Below, piece by piece: positions 19,043 through 27,720 of a stretch of 36,452 nucleotides of DNA. This DNA comes from a virus (lineage: Duplodnaviria > Caudoviricetes). The stretch covers positions 1 to 36,452 of the IMG/VR virus record IMGVR_UViG_3300033144_005791. One strand, 5' to 3'. The notes under the pieces are model-generated. The model searched no databases. It saw only the letters and a program-made list of their open reading frames with translations, and had not been told where the DNA came from. A program made the translations under genes and the position numbers. How positions within the stretch are numbered: position 1 is the first letter of the stretch; the number at the start of each line of letters is the position of its first letter.

Positions 19043-20629
19043 ATGCCAGGAAGCAGCCCAGCAGGAAAAACATGGATTACCGAGCGTCTTAATAGTGAGA
19101 CGCCAAAGCGGGTGCTGGATATTGGCGCCGGTTGCGGAACCTATATCAAACTCTTTGGCAAGCAATGGGTCGGAGCACATTGGACGGCGGTAGAAGTGTG
19201 GGAGCCCTACATCGAAAAATACGGGCTTCGAGAGTTATACGACAATGTGGTGATAGCCGATGCTCGCACCTGGGTTTCTGATAAGTGTTATGACATCGCA
19301 TTTCTTGGTGATGTATTAGAACACATGACTCCGGAAGAAGCACGGGTGCTTTTGGATCAAATACGTTCAATAGCTGCGGTCGTCGTTGTTTCTATTCCTA
19401 TTATTCACTATCCACAGGGAGCACTCGGAGGTAACCCGCACGAGGTCCACGTCGAAGAGGACTGGTCGCATGAGAGAGTCTGCAAGGAGCTAGGGGAGCC
19501 GACCGAGTTTATCAACCACAATGAGATCGGCGCATATATCTATCGTCGTGAAGAAAAGCCTTTGCGCACAGTTGTCTACGCTATTGCGAAGAACGAAGTC
19601 GCCTTCGCTGAGAGGTGGGCAGCGTCTGCAAAGGCTTCCGACTATCTCGTTGTATGTGATACAGGTTCAACCGATGGGACTCAAGCTGCCCTCAGAGCCG
19701 CTGGTGTCACGGTTCACGACATCCATGTCTCTCCCTGGCGTTTCGATGTCGCAAGGACTACTTCGCTTGCGTTGCTCCCGACAGATGTTGATTACTGCAT
19801 CGCTCTCGATCTTGATGAGGTCCTTATCGACGGCTGGAAGGAAGACCTTAAAAACGCACGCTCGGCCGGATGGACCCGTCCTCAGTATCACTACGTGTGG
19901 TCATGGAAACCTGATGGGTCCGAGAGCGTTACTTATAATGGGGATAAGATTCACTCACGTTATGGGTATAGATGGAGACATCCTGTTCACGAAACATTAT
20001 CGCCCTATGGCATTGAGCAAAAAAGAGGGCGGCTTGACTCTTTACAGATCCATCACTTCCCGGATCCTAACGAAGCTCGTCACGACTATTTACCTCTCCT
20101 TGAGCTCTCAGTAAAAGAAGATCCATACGATGATCGAAATGCACACTACTATGCGCGTGAGCTTTTTTACAGAGGACGCCTTGTAGAAGCAGGGAAGCAG
20201 TTTCGGCGGCACCTAGCATTACCGTCAGCTACGTGGACCTTAGAACGCGCCGAGTCCATGCGCTACCTTGCACAATGTCCCGAACCACCAAAAGAGATTG
20301 AGTGGCTTGAAAAGGCGGTCGCCGAAGCCCCGGGACTACGTGAACCATTGGTGGCTTTAGCGGTTGCTAGACGAAAGCGTGGCGAGTGGACCGAATGTTA
20401 TAATGCGGCCACAAAAGCCCTCGCAATTACTAAGCGAACTGGAACATATCTGAATCAACCAAAAGCCTGGGGAAAGAGTCCACACGACGAAGCTGCGCTC
20501 GCTTCTTTCTTCCTTGGGCGACCGGCAGAAGCGATTGAACACGGTATGGCTGCACTCGCCTTTGCGCCAACAGATGAGCGGTTACTAACGAACCTTGAAT
20601 TCTACCGCCAGGGAGTCAAGTCAGAATGA
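19043..20629 (+). CDS. Class I SAM methyltransferase - GT2 glycosyltransferase - TPR fusion
   Basis: AAGGAG SD before ATG 19043. Methyltransferase motifs VLDIGAGCG and DVLEHM. GT-A motifs IAKNE, DTGSTDGT, FDVAR and LDLDE (DxD). TPR-like helices at the C-terminus. Confidence 0.88.
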   Translation: MPGSSPAGKTWITERLNSETPKRVLDIGAGCGTYIKLFGKQWVGAHWTAVEVWEPYIEKYGLRELYDNVVIADARTWVSDKCYDIAFLGDVLEHMTPEEARVLLDQIRSIAAVVVVSIPIIHYPQGALGGNPHEVHVEEDWSHERVCKELGEPTEFINHNEIGAYIYRREEKPLRTVVYAIAKNEVAFAERWAASAKASDYLVVCDTGSTDGTQAALRAAGVTVHDIHVSPWRFDVARTTSLALLPTDVDYCIALDLDEVLIDGWKEDLKNARSAGWTRPQYHYVWSWKPDGSESVTYNGDKIHSRYGYRWRHPVHETLSPYGIEQKRGRLDSLQIHHFPDPNEARHDYLPLLELSVKEDPYDDRNAHYYARELFYRGRLVEAGKQFRRHLALPSATWTLERAESMRYLAQCPEPPKEIEWLEKAVAEAPGLREPLVALAVARRKRGEWTECYNAATKALAITKRTGTYLNQPKAWGKSPHDEAALASFFLGRPAEAIEHGMAALAFAPTDERLLTNLEFYRQGVKSE

Positions 20630-20925
20630 AACAACTAAATGGTCAAATGGGGCGAGTCCTTGCATGGGTCATGGTTCTGATTTCTGGCGTCTTCCTGGGT
20701 ATGGCAGCGTTGATCGGAAACTCCGTTCTCGATGCGCTTGACGCGGGTCGTAAGGCCGACGAAGCTTTTGCCAAACAGCTTGGAATTGTCGAGACCGCGG
20801 TTGCTGTGATTGAGGATACTCGTTTCACGCGAGCCGACGGTCTGGAGCTAGAGCTTCGCCTAACCGAGCGCCTCGCTGTTGCAATCGAGCGCCTAGAGCA
20901 CGGTGTCAATAACGGAGAAGGTTGA
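20626..20925 (+). CDS. Single-TM membrane protein (holin or antiholin candidate)
   Basis: N-terminal hydrophobic helix followed by a coiled coil, in the lysis position. Confidence 0.5.
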   Translation: MKQLNGQMGRVLAWVMVLISGVFLGMAALIGNSVLDALDAGRKADEAFAKQLGIVETAVAVIEDTRFTRADGLELELRLTERLAVAIERLEHGVNNGEG

Positions 20926-21260
20926 TGCATCCCGAACAACATGATTATAAGAGCATACGTGTGGATCGTGGTTTCATGGGTCGTGGCATCGGATTCATCT
21001 ATTACTGGTTCGATCTGTTTGGGCCAGAGAAGCATCCGGCCAATTCTAAGGTGCAAATCTTCTTTGCACTCTTCATTGCGCTCTCGGCTGAGATATATTT
21101 TGGTTGGCTTCTCTCTAGGCCGGGTGGAGGCGGGATAACCTGGCCGTATGTATCTCTTGTCTTGGGCACACTGTCCATGGCGATGGGGATCGACGCATTC
21201 AAAAGTATGATGCGAATTAAAAACGGAAACCGTCAATCTAACGAGGACGAGCGCACATGA
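20925..21260 (+). CDS. Putative holin
   Basis: Two hydrophobic segments and a charged C-terminus, directly upstream of the endolysin candidate. Confidence 0.55.
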   Translation: MHPEQHDYKSIRVDRGFMGRGIGFIYYWFDLFGPEKHPANSKVQIFFALFIALSAEIYFGWLLSRPGGGGITWPYVSLVLGTLSMAMGIDAFKSMMRIKNGNRQSNEDERT

Positions 21261-21730
21261 TGAATCTTCATCAGTATAGATTCGGCAAAGGCGACGACTC
21301 AACTCTTAGTGAACTATACGACGCAGATGTATTTGAATGCTTCATATTGGAAGACGAACTTCGCCGTATCAAAGTGCATGGCGAAACAGCTATGCCTGCC
21401 GATCGCTTTGAGATCCTATTACGACGCGAAGGTGAACAACACGAAAAGTACGGAAGGCGCTTTCCATGGCATGAAGGTATGCTTCACTTTCAAAACGTAC
21501 CAAACTTCCAATATTGCCAGCTTCATCCTGGTAATACAGATGATGATACAAAAGGTTGTCCTCTTCCTGGAGAGGTGCCGCAGATTTACCCAGACGGTAA
21601 CTTCACTGTGGGAAGATCCACGCCGGCCTACGAAAGACTCTACAAAAAGATCGTTGCCGCTTTGCATCGTAATGAGCGCGTGTTCTGGGAGATTCATAAC
21701 GATGCTCGTCACATCGTTGCTGGCGTGTAA
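21257..21730 (+). CDS. DUF5675-like protein (putative endolysin)
   Basis: CFILED...KVHGETAMP...NVPNF...HPGN..DTKGC motif with the His/Cys pair of this family. Confidence 0.75.
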   Translation: MMNLHQYRFGKGDDSTLSELYDADVFECFILEDELRRIKVHGETAMPADRFEILLRREGEQHEKYGRRFPWHEGMLHFQNVPNFQYCQLHPGNTDDDTKGCPLPGEVPQIYPDGNFTVGRSTPAYERLYKKIVAALHRNERVFWEIHNDARHIVAGV

Positions 21731-21854
21731 GCTGGTACATAAACCCAACCGTTTAATCACCTGATAAAACACCCTAGCAAGCCGTGTAAGGGACTTGGCA
21801 AGCTAGGTTAGCACCCTACCCACCCCCCACCGGAAACGGCCCTTAAATCGCAAG

Positions 21855-21895
21855 ATAAAATAAACCCCCCTGCCAGCCAGCTCCTGACAGGGGGG
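21855..21895 (-). terminator. Rho-independent terminator for the - strand operon
   Basis: Stem CCCCCCTG (21865-21872)/CAGGGGGG (21888-21895), followed on the - strand by TTTATTTTAT. Lies between convergent genes. Confidence 0.75.
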
Positions 21896-21978
21896 CGGTC
21901 ACGCCATCGGTCATCCGTGCCCCACTAAGGAACCAGAAGCAGGGGGTCTACTCGGCATTCTCCCGATATGGCGGACCC

Positions 21979-22188
21979 TTAACTGTGAGTGTGACCATCG
22001 GTTTCGATACCGAGCCACATATTGCACCAAGGAACCATGACACAATTCATAAGCGTGTGTTCGTATGCCGGCTTCAAAAAGTCGACGAAAGATTGTTGTT
22101 GCGCCTTACCTTGGCATTTTCTACCATGAACTCCGCGCAGGGCAATACGTTGATCTTTGGTCAGTTTTTCAAATTCATCGAGAGTCAT
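21979..22188 (-). CDS. Small hypothetical phage protein
   Basis: AAGGAG SD before ATG 22188. Ends WCNMWLGIETDGHTHS. Has its own upstream promoter candidate. Confidence 0.7.
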   Translation of the reverse strand: MTLDEFEKLTKDQRIALRGVHGRKCQGKAQQQSFVDFLKPAYEHTLMNCVMVPWCNMWLGIETDGHTHS

Positions 22189-22228
22189 TTGAGGCTCCTT
22201 TGCATCGTGACCGTTTTTACCTTGACTA

Positions 22229-22258
22229 AATATACCCAATACTTCTTGAACATGTCAA
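22229..22258 (-). promoter_or_regulatory. Sigma70-type promoter
   Basis: TTGACA-N18-TATATT on the - strand. Confidence 0.7.
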
Positions 22259-22263
22259 CCACA

Positions 22264-24237
22264 TTAGGAGGCGGCTACCTGACCCCATGAGGGACCGACT
22301 TCAGTGCCGACCTGAACAGGTACGTTGAATAGAATAGCTGTTTCCATAACGTGCTTCATAGCGTCGAAGGCTTCTTCTTTATCACCTGGATCACTAAAGT
22401 CGAGTTCATCGTGTACGGTTAGCCGCGGAACACCCGTTTCGCGGAAAATCCCACCTTCCCAACACTGAAGCATAGCTTCCTTGATAAGGTCAGCAGCCGA
22501 CCCTTGGAGCCTTCTATTCAATGCTTTATAGAGGTAAGCGCGTTCAGGGTTTCTATAGGATAAGATCGCATCATTAAACGGAAGAGGCTTTGCATCAGGA
22601 GAATAGTGCCCAGGTACCCAAAGATCGAAGCGAGAGCGCCTACCTTTGATCGTTGTAATGTAACCGAGCTCAGCAGCTTCGGCCATTGTCGCATCCATTG
22701 TTGTACGCATAAATGGTGCTGCGGTATGCAATGCTTTCAATAGTGCTTCGGCATCTGTTCTCGATAGTCCAAGATACTCTGCCAGTGTTGTGATCCCCAT
22801 ACCGTAGATTGTACCGAAGTTGACGTTCTTCACTAACGGGCGTTCGTGCTCTTGATGCGCAACATCTCGAATGATCTGTTGTACTAGAGCATGAAAGTCG
22901 GTATTGGGTTCTTCAATATATCGACGGCGAACTTCATCTGCCCCTTCTCCAACCGCATAGTGAGCAAGACCACGGTATTCAATTTGACTATAGTCATGTT
23001 TACGCCATTGCTTGTGACCCGGATCAGGTATAAAGCTTCTTCGGATGATTTTACCAAGCTTAGAACGAATAGGGATGTTCTGTAGATTAGGATTACTGGA
23101 CGAGTACCGACCGGAACGTGCGCCAGACTTATCACTACGTAGTTGATGGAATTGCCCATACACTTTGCCGTTGATATGTGAATCAAGTATATAGCCTTCT
23201 ACAAATGTGCCAAGCAGTTTAGCTCGTGCTTTCTTTCTGAGGATCAATTGTGCGAAAGGATGCTTTACTGTTTCAAGGAATGTCTTTGTGAATGTTGGGT
23301 TCCCTTTTTTAGTTCTACCATACCAAAGACCGAGCACCTCAAATGCCTCAACCATACTAGAGGAAGCATCCGAGTTTACCTCGAAGCCAACGGCGTCTTT
23401 GATCTCCTTATCAATATCTACTAACTCAGCAATTAAAGAATCACGCATTTGCTCAGTGTGGTCAATATCGACCGTAACACCAGCATAGCGCATTTCTATC
23501 ATTAAATAGATGAGTCGGTTTTCCATCGAGAAGAGGTCTAGGAGCCCTTGTTCTTGAAGCAGGGGCCATTGCTGATCGAGGATTCGGAAGGGTAGATCGA
23601 CATCGCCTTCTGCGTATGGCCCAACAAGACGCGGGGGTGCTCGATAGATATTTTTCCGCTGACTGTCAGTTTCGGGTCCACCGTAATATGCGGCACACCA
23701 TTCGTAAAGGATATTACTATCTTTCCCGATTCCAAGATATCTGAGTCCAAGGTCATCGAGATTAACAGTAGCGGTTTCTCGAAGGAGCGCTTCGGCAAAC
23801 TGGACATCATATAAAGAACCCCTAACATGAACACCCTCCTCTCGAAGCCAACCTACGTCATACGTAATATTCGCGCCAATTTTTGGTTGCGCGGGATTAG
23901 TTAAGTTGTTCCGCGCCCAAGCCAATACATGCGCAGGGTCCAGGTTCTGCTCTTTCTCCACTTCATGGCGCATTGGGAAGTACCAGCGTTTACCGTCTTC
24001 TGTACCAGCGGCGATACCGACGAGATGACCAACACCACGAGCCCACCCGGGACCTTTAGTGAGTAAGTCCGGGTCGTAAGTTTCAACGTCAATGGTAAGA
24101 GCTTTGGCATCTTGCAGCCTCGGGAATTCAGTTGACGCTACCCATCCTGTATCTGGAATAGGCGGCATAACACGAGCCGCCTGGCCTCTTTTTAATGAGA
24201 TGTCTTGCCAGAAGAGTCCTACAGCATCGTCACGCAT
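22264..24237 (-). CDS. polA: Family A DNA polymerase with a 3'-5' exonuclease domain
   Basis: ExoI DVET, motif A DYSQIEYR, motif B RPLVKNVNFGTIYG (Phe762 type), motif C VHDEL. Probable start is ATG 24237. Confidence 0.95.
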   Translation of the reverse strand: MRDDAVGLFWQDISLKRGQAARVMPPIPDTGWVASTEFPRLQDAKALTIDVETYDPDLLTKGPGWARGVGHLVGIAAGTEDGKRWYFPMRHEVEKEQNLDPAHVLAWARNNLTNPAQPKIGANITYDVGWLREEGVHVRGSLYDVQFAEALLRETATVNLDDLGLRYLGIGKDSNILYEWCAAYYGGPETDSQRKNIYRAPPRLVGPYAEGDVDLPFRILDQQWPLLQEQGLLDLFSMENRLIYLMIEMRYAGVTVDIDHTEQMRDSLIAELVDIDKEIKDAVGFEVNSDASSSMVEAFEVLGLWYGRTKKGNPTFTKTFLETVKHPFAQLILRKKARAKLLGTFVEGYILDSHINGKVYGQFHQLRSDKSGARSGRYSSSNPNLQNIPIRSKLGKIIRRSFIPDPGHKQWRKHDYSQIEYRGLAHYAVGEGADEVRRRYIEEPNTDFHALVQQIIRDVAHQEHERPLVKNVNFGTIYGMGITTLAEYLGLSRTDAEALLKALHTAAPFMRTTMDATMAEAAELGYITTIKGRRSRFDLWVPGHYSPDAKPLPFNDAILSYRNPERAYLYKALNRRLQGSAADLIKEAMLQCWEGGIFRETGVPRLTVHDELDFSDPGDKEEAFDAMKHVMETAILFNVPVQVGTEVGPSWGQVAAS

Positions 24238-24325
24238 GGCGCCATTGGACACGGCCGCAGTGATAACAATATCTCTTCATATATTTGATGGCTAAATACC
24301 ATCTGCACCAAACATGTTTATGCAT
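24230..24325 (-). CDS. 31-aa Cys/His microprotein (not in the ORF track)
   Basis: MHKHVWCRWYLAIKYMKRYCYHCGRVQWRHA, AGGA SD. Overlaps both the clamp stop and the polymerase start. Confidence 0.6.
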   Translation of the reverse strand: MHKHVWCRWYLAIKYMKRYCYHCGRVQWRHA

Positions 24326-25292
24326 CTACCATTCCTAGAAATACGCCGCGAAGCTTTTCTCCGATAAATGGGCAAGGATTCGGGTGTCGCGTGAAATCAA
24401 TATCTGTCGCGCATCCGTTAAGCGAAGCAATATGCTTGTGGTGATAAGCGCCATAAGCAGGTAATCCTTCCATAGCCATAGATGCGCCAACGCCTCCTTC
24501 TGGTTCTGGTCCTGTGCAAAGAATATTATCACGAAAGTAAATGCGTCCTTCTAGATCAACAAATGGAGCCAACATTTCTACTGCACCAAAGAGCATTGGT
24601 GGTATCGGTTGTAAATCCGCACCTTCGAATGCTTTATCTAAGAGAGCACTAATATCGGGCCAGTCAACAGATAGTAGTTGACTGCGAAGCCATCTATCTC
24701 CTTGAAAAAAGAATGTAACTGAGTTTTCGCTTAACCTCACTTTTATAGGTTGTTCGTTGATACGATTAAGTTCTAGAATAGCTGACGCTGGTAGGTTGAT
24801 GTCTGGCATAGGTGAACCTATCCAATACTCAAGTAGAACAATGTTATTTGTGGCATAAGCTGATTGTCCGCGTAACAGAACACCCATAGCCCAAAGGCGT
24901 GAAGCATCATTACTGGTGTAAGGAAGTAATCTTTTAATTGCAGCTAAGAAACCTGAGTCAATTGGTACGTCTTCACCTTGTGGTACAATAGAATCTAAGA
25001 GATCGCCTTCATCACTACAGTCTATGAATACTTTGAATCCGCCTGCTTTGAGTGCTAAGCGACCGACTGGCGTCATATGAATAGCCACAGTAGTGCTCGC
25101 ACAAAGTTCAATGGCTTTCACAAACGGGAGAGCTTTAGGTGTTGCTTCGATATCTAGATCGATAGGGCTCGATAAGGCTATTGTTCCGTTGAACCCTATC
25201 ACGCGACCATTGGCAATGCGGAAATGCGTTAGCGCCGGCTGGTAGTCTTTCTTAGCTACAGCGCCTTTAACAAACTTGAGGGCTTTAAGCAT
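24318..25292 (-). CDS. DNA polymerase III beta-clamp-like protein
   Basis: AVAKKDYQPALTH start, SNDASRLWAMGVL, YATN and WPD motifs of DnaN-like folds. Adjacent to the polymerase. Confidence 0.75.
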   Translation of the reverse strand: MLKALKFVKGAVAKKDYQPALTHFRIANGRVIGFNGTIALSSPIDLDIEATPKALPFVKAIELCASTTVAIHMTPVGRLALKAGGFKVFIDCSDEGDLLDSIVPQGEDVPIDSGFLAAIKRLLPYTSNDASRLWAMGVLLRGQSAYATNNIVLLEYWIGSPMPDINLPASAILELNRINEQPIKVRLSENSVTFFFQGDRWLRSQLLSVDWPDISALLDKAFEGADLQPIPPMLFGAVEMLAPFVDLEGRIYFRDNILCTGPEPEGGVGASMAMEGLPAYGAYHHKHIASLNGCATDIDFTRHPNPCPFIGEKLRGVFLGMVDA

Positions 25293-25689
25293 CAAGATAC
25301 CTGTAGAACTTTTCTAGTGTATCAAAGAAGTGAATATCTGGAAAGCTCCAAAAGATCGTCCAGCGTTTGCTTCCTATGATGTAAATAGGAATTGGAATAG
25401 AAATAGCCAAACCGAGTTCAATGTAAGCGCCGCTCATGTCTGGCGTCCACAAAAGCACAAGCGCATCCGCATCCTGTACACCGAACATATCTTCATATGC
25501 AAGAACTTGTTGCACAGCTAAATCAAGGTCTTTTTCAGGGTTCTCTATGAACAGCTTTCCAGCTGCGTCAAACTCCATTGAGTTAGTTGCCCAACTGTGT
25601 GTGATCGTATGATTGCGACCAATTAGTTCTTGTTCAACAACACGGACAGCTTCATAGTTACGAAAACGACTCGCTACATAGAAACGCAT
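25285..25689 (-). CDS. Nucleoside 2-deoxyribosyltransferase/Rcl-like protein
   Basis: FYVAS start, D...V..ADALV and SGAYIELGLA with the Glu that is catalytic in the NDT superfamily. Confidence 0.75.
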   Translation of the reverse strand: MRFYVASRFRNYEAVRVVEQELIGRNHTITHSWATNSMEFDAAGKLFIENPEKDLDLAVQQVLAYEDMFGVQDADALVLLWTPDMSGAYIELGLAISIPIPIYIIGSKRWTIFWSFPDIHFFDTLEKFYRYLDA

Positions 25690-26579
25690 CAGAACAATCC
25701 TGGTTGAGGAAGCACAAATGTATCGCGATCAATCGCTGCTAAACTTCCGTATGTCACGATGTTAAACGTCTTCCTACTTAAATGAACTCTGCGCAAACGA
25801 TCGAGGTCAAAACCGAGGTTATCAATATATGCTAATATATGTTCACGGTTTATTTCTGTTATACTATCGATATGTCTTCCTTTTTGCTTACGTTGTGGCG
25901 CGTGTTCCGATACAGCTAATGTTCCAAACCCTGGAAGAAAGATGTTACCCATACCACCAAGCTGAACCCAAGAAGAAGAGTCCACGCTGTACCACGGATA
26001 ACGAGACATGAGTGGTACTGAGGTCATACCGAAGCCATGTATCTTTGCCTTCGGTGTACCGTCAGGATTCACCAAGTGCATATCCCAGAGTCTGTCTAAC
26101 CACACTTTCAGTTGAGGTGTGCTGATAGGTACCATGCCACCGATCGAGATGTAAGGATAGTGATCTATGTAGTGTGCCAGGACATCGGGCGATTCGCCAT
26201 AGTGATAACAAGGGATCGGAACAATGCCTTGACGCTCCATTTCCATTTGATTGAAATACGTTTGCTTTGGATCACCGATAGCGTCGAGTACGGATACCTG
26301 TTCAAATAGATCCCCATGTTTATGTATGAAGCGACAATACCTGTTTATATCTACTTTAACGCCTTGTGTGAAGGAAGAGAAAGCACCAGAGTCTAAGAAT
26401 ATCTTACGACCTGTGCTTCTAATACGCTTTGTCATTCTTTCGTTATTGATGTAATGGTATGAGTCAAGAGCGTCTGTTACTTCTTCAACGGCGCGCTTTT
26501 CGCAATCGTCGAGTCTATTATACGTGGCACTCCCTGGACGGAAATCGTTGTAGAGCAGAGCAGCTAGGTATACCTTCAT
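25689..26579 (-). CDS. dpdA: DpdA, TGT-like DNA 7-deazaguanine transglycosylase
   Basis: FLDSGAFS, LDAIGD, YHYGE, IGGMV, IHGFG and SVDSSSW motifs. Start ATG 26579 overlaps the folE stop. Lies within the que cluster. Confidence 0.85.
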   Translation of the reverse strand: MKVYLAALLYNDFRPGSATYNRLDDCEKRAVEEVTDALDSYHYINNERMTKRIRSTGRKIFLDSGAFSSFTQGVKVDINRYCRFIHKHGDLFEQVSVLDAIGDPKQTYFNQMEMERQGIVPIPCYHYGESPDVLAHYIDHYPYISIGGMVPISTPQLKVWLDRLWDMHLVNPDGTPKAKIHGFGMTSVPLMSRYPWYSVDSSSWVQLGGMGNIFLPGFGTLAVSEHAPQRKQKGRHIDSITEINREHILAYIDNLGFDLDRLRRVHLSRKTFNIVTYGSLAAIDRDTFVLPQPGLF

Positions 26580-27142
26580 TTGATGAGAGCCAAGAACTCT
26601 GCACGAGCCTTGGCGTCTGATCGAAAGGCACCGTTTAACTTCGTTGTGATCGTTGTGTGTCCTTGTTTCACAATACCTCGGCTCTCCATACAAAGATGAC
26701 GAGCCACAAGCTGTACAGCGACACCTATTGGCTCAAGGTGTGTCATTAGTGCTTGAGACACCTGGGATGTGATGCGCTCCTGTACCTGTAACCGATGTGC
26801 GTAGATATCGAGAAGCCTAGAGAGCTTCGATAGACCAACAATCCTTCCACTTGGAATGTAGGCAATGTGGGCAACACCGAAGAAGGGCGCCATGTGATGT
26901 TCACAGTGGCTATAGAACGGGATGTCTTTGACTAAGATCATCTCGTCATAATCTTCGCCACCGTCTGTAAAAGAAGTAAGGATGTCTTCTGGCTTCATAC
27001 CGTAGCCTTCGGTCCATTCGATCCATGCTTGTACAGCACGTTCTGGTGTGTCCTCAAGACCTTCACGATGAATATTTTCACCGACGAAAAGCAAGAGATC
27101 AAGTATGGCGTTATGCGCTTTACCACGTGCTATATCAGCCAT
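26576..27142 (-). CDS. folE: GTP cyclohydrolase I
   Basis: REGLEDTPER, SHCEHH, GLSKL, RLQVQER and HLCMESRG motifs. Confidence 0.97.
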   Translation of the reverse strand: MADIARGKAHNAILDLLLFVGENIHREGLEDTPERAVQAWIEWTEGYGMKPEDILTSFTDGGEDYDEMILVKDIPFYSHCEHHMAPFFGVAHIAYIPSGRIVGLSKLSRLLDIYAHRLQVQERITSQVSQALMTHLEPIGVAVQLVARHLCMESRGIVKQGHTTITTKLNGAFRSDAKARAEFLALIK

Positions 27143-27720
27143 TATGCTGGATCTCCGTAAAGGTTGTGTCCATCTTCGTGTCCTTTGCGCCGTTTACAAA
27201 GCTCGCCTGAAAGGCCGTGTGCCGCTTGTTCGTTGCACCAATCTTCTTCGTTCTCAGGTACAACGTAAATGATGGTATTTTCTGCTCGAAGGAAGGAAGC
27301 AGAGCATTTACGGGTTTCATCGATACGGACACATACGAGAATCACACCTGTTCCCATGAGTTGAGTAGGACCAACCACATTGACGAGGTGTGCGGCCATG
27401 TTTTCTGCGGTGGGGTTGAACGGGAGCCAGACGAGACTGTCTTCTATTAGATCGCCGTACCCACTTGAAGCAATTGATTGCATTGTATGGTCGTTTTCCC
27501 AAAGTAACATCTTGTGATCCCAGTTGTCCTCGAGCCACTGGCACAGTAGCTGCTTGATTACACCAAAGTCGATGACACGACCAAGTGTATCTAGTGTGCG
27601 TTCAGGAGTACAGGTAAAGTGAACACGGTAGTTGTGCCCATGAAGAAAGCGGCACTTGTTCTCGTGCCCGACGACCCTGTGGCCGGCGCTGATATCGTGG
27701 TAGCGTTCAACAGTATACAT
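27142..27720 (-). CDS. queD: 6-carboxytetrahydropterin synthase with a C-terminal extension
   Basis: GHR...KC..LHGHNY, DFG, WDH, NPTAEN and ET motifs. Confidence 0.93.
   Translation of the reverse strand: MYTVERYHDISAGHRVVGHENKCRFLHGHNYRVHFTCTPERTLDTLGRVIDFGVIKQLLCQWLEDNWDHKMLLWENDHTMQSIASSGYGDLIEDSLVWLPFNPTAENMAAHLVNVVGPTQLMGTGVILVCVRIDETRKCSASFLRAENTIIYVVPENEEDWCNEQAAHGLSGELCKRRKGHEDGHNLYGDPA

Noticed and set aside
19043-19550. Methyltransferase as a DNA methylase
   Set aside because: No DPPY/NPPY or PC catalytic motif, and it is fused to a GT2 domain in the structural module.
20643-21302. 219-aa - strand ORF over the holin genes
   Set aside because: Antisense to a translationally coupled lysis cassette, with no recognisable features.
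22222-22250. + strand TTGACT as a divergent promoter
   Set aside because: No credible -10 box at 16-18 nt spacing.
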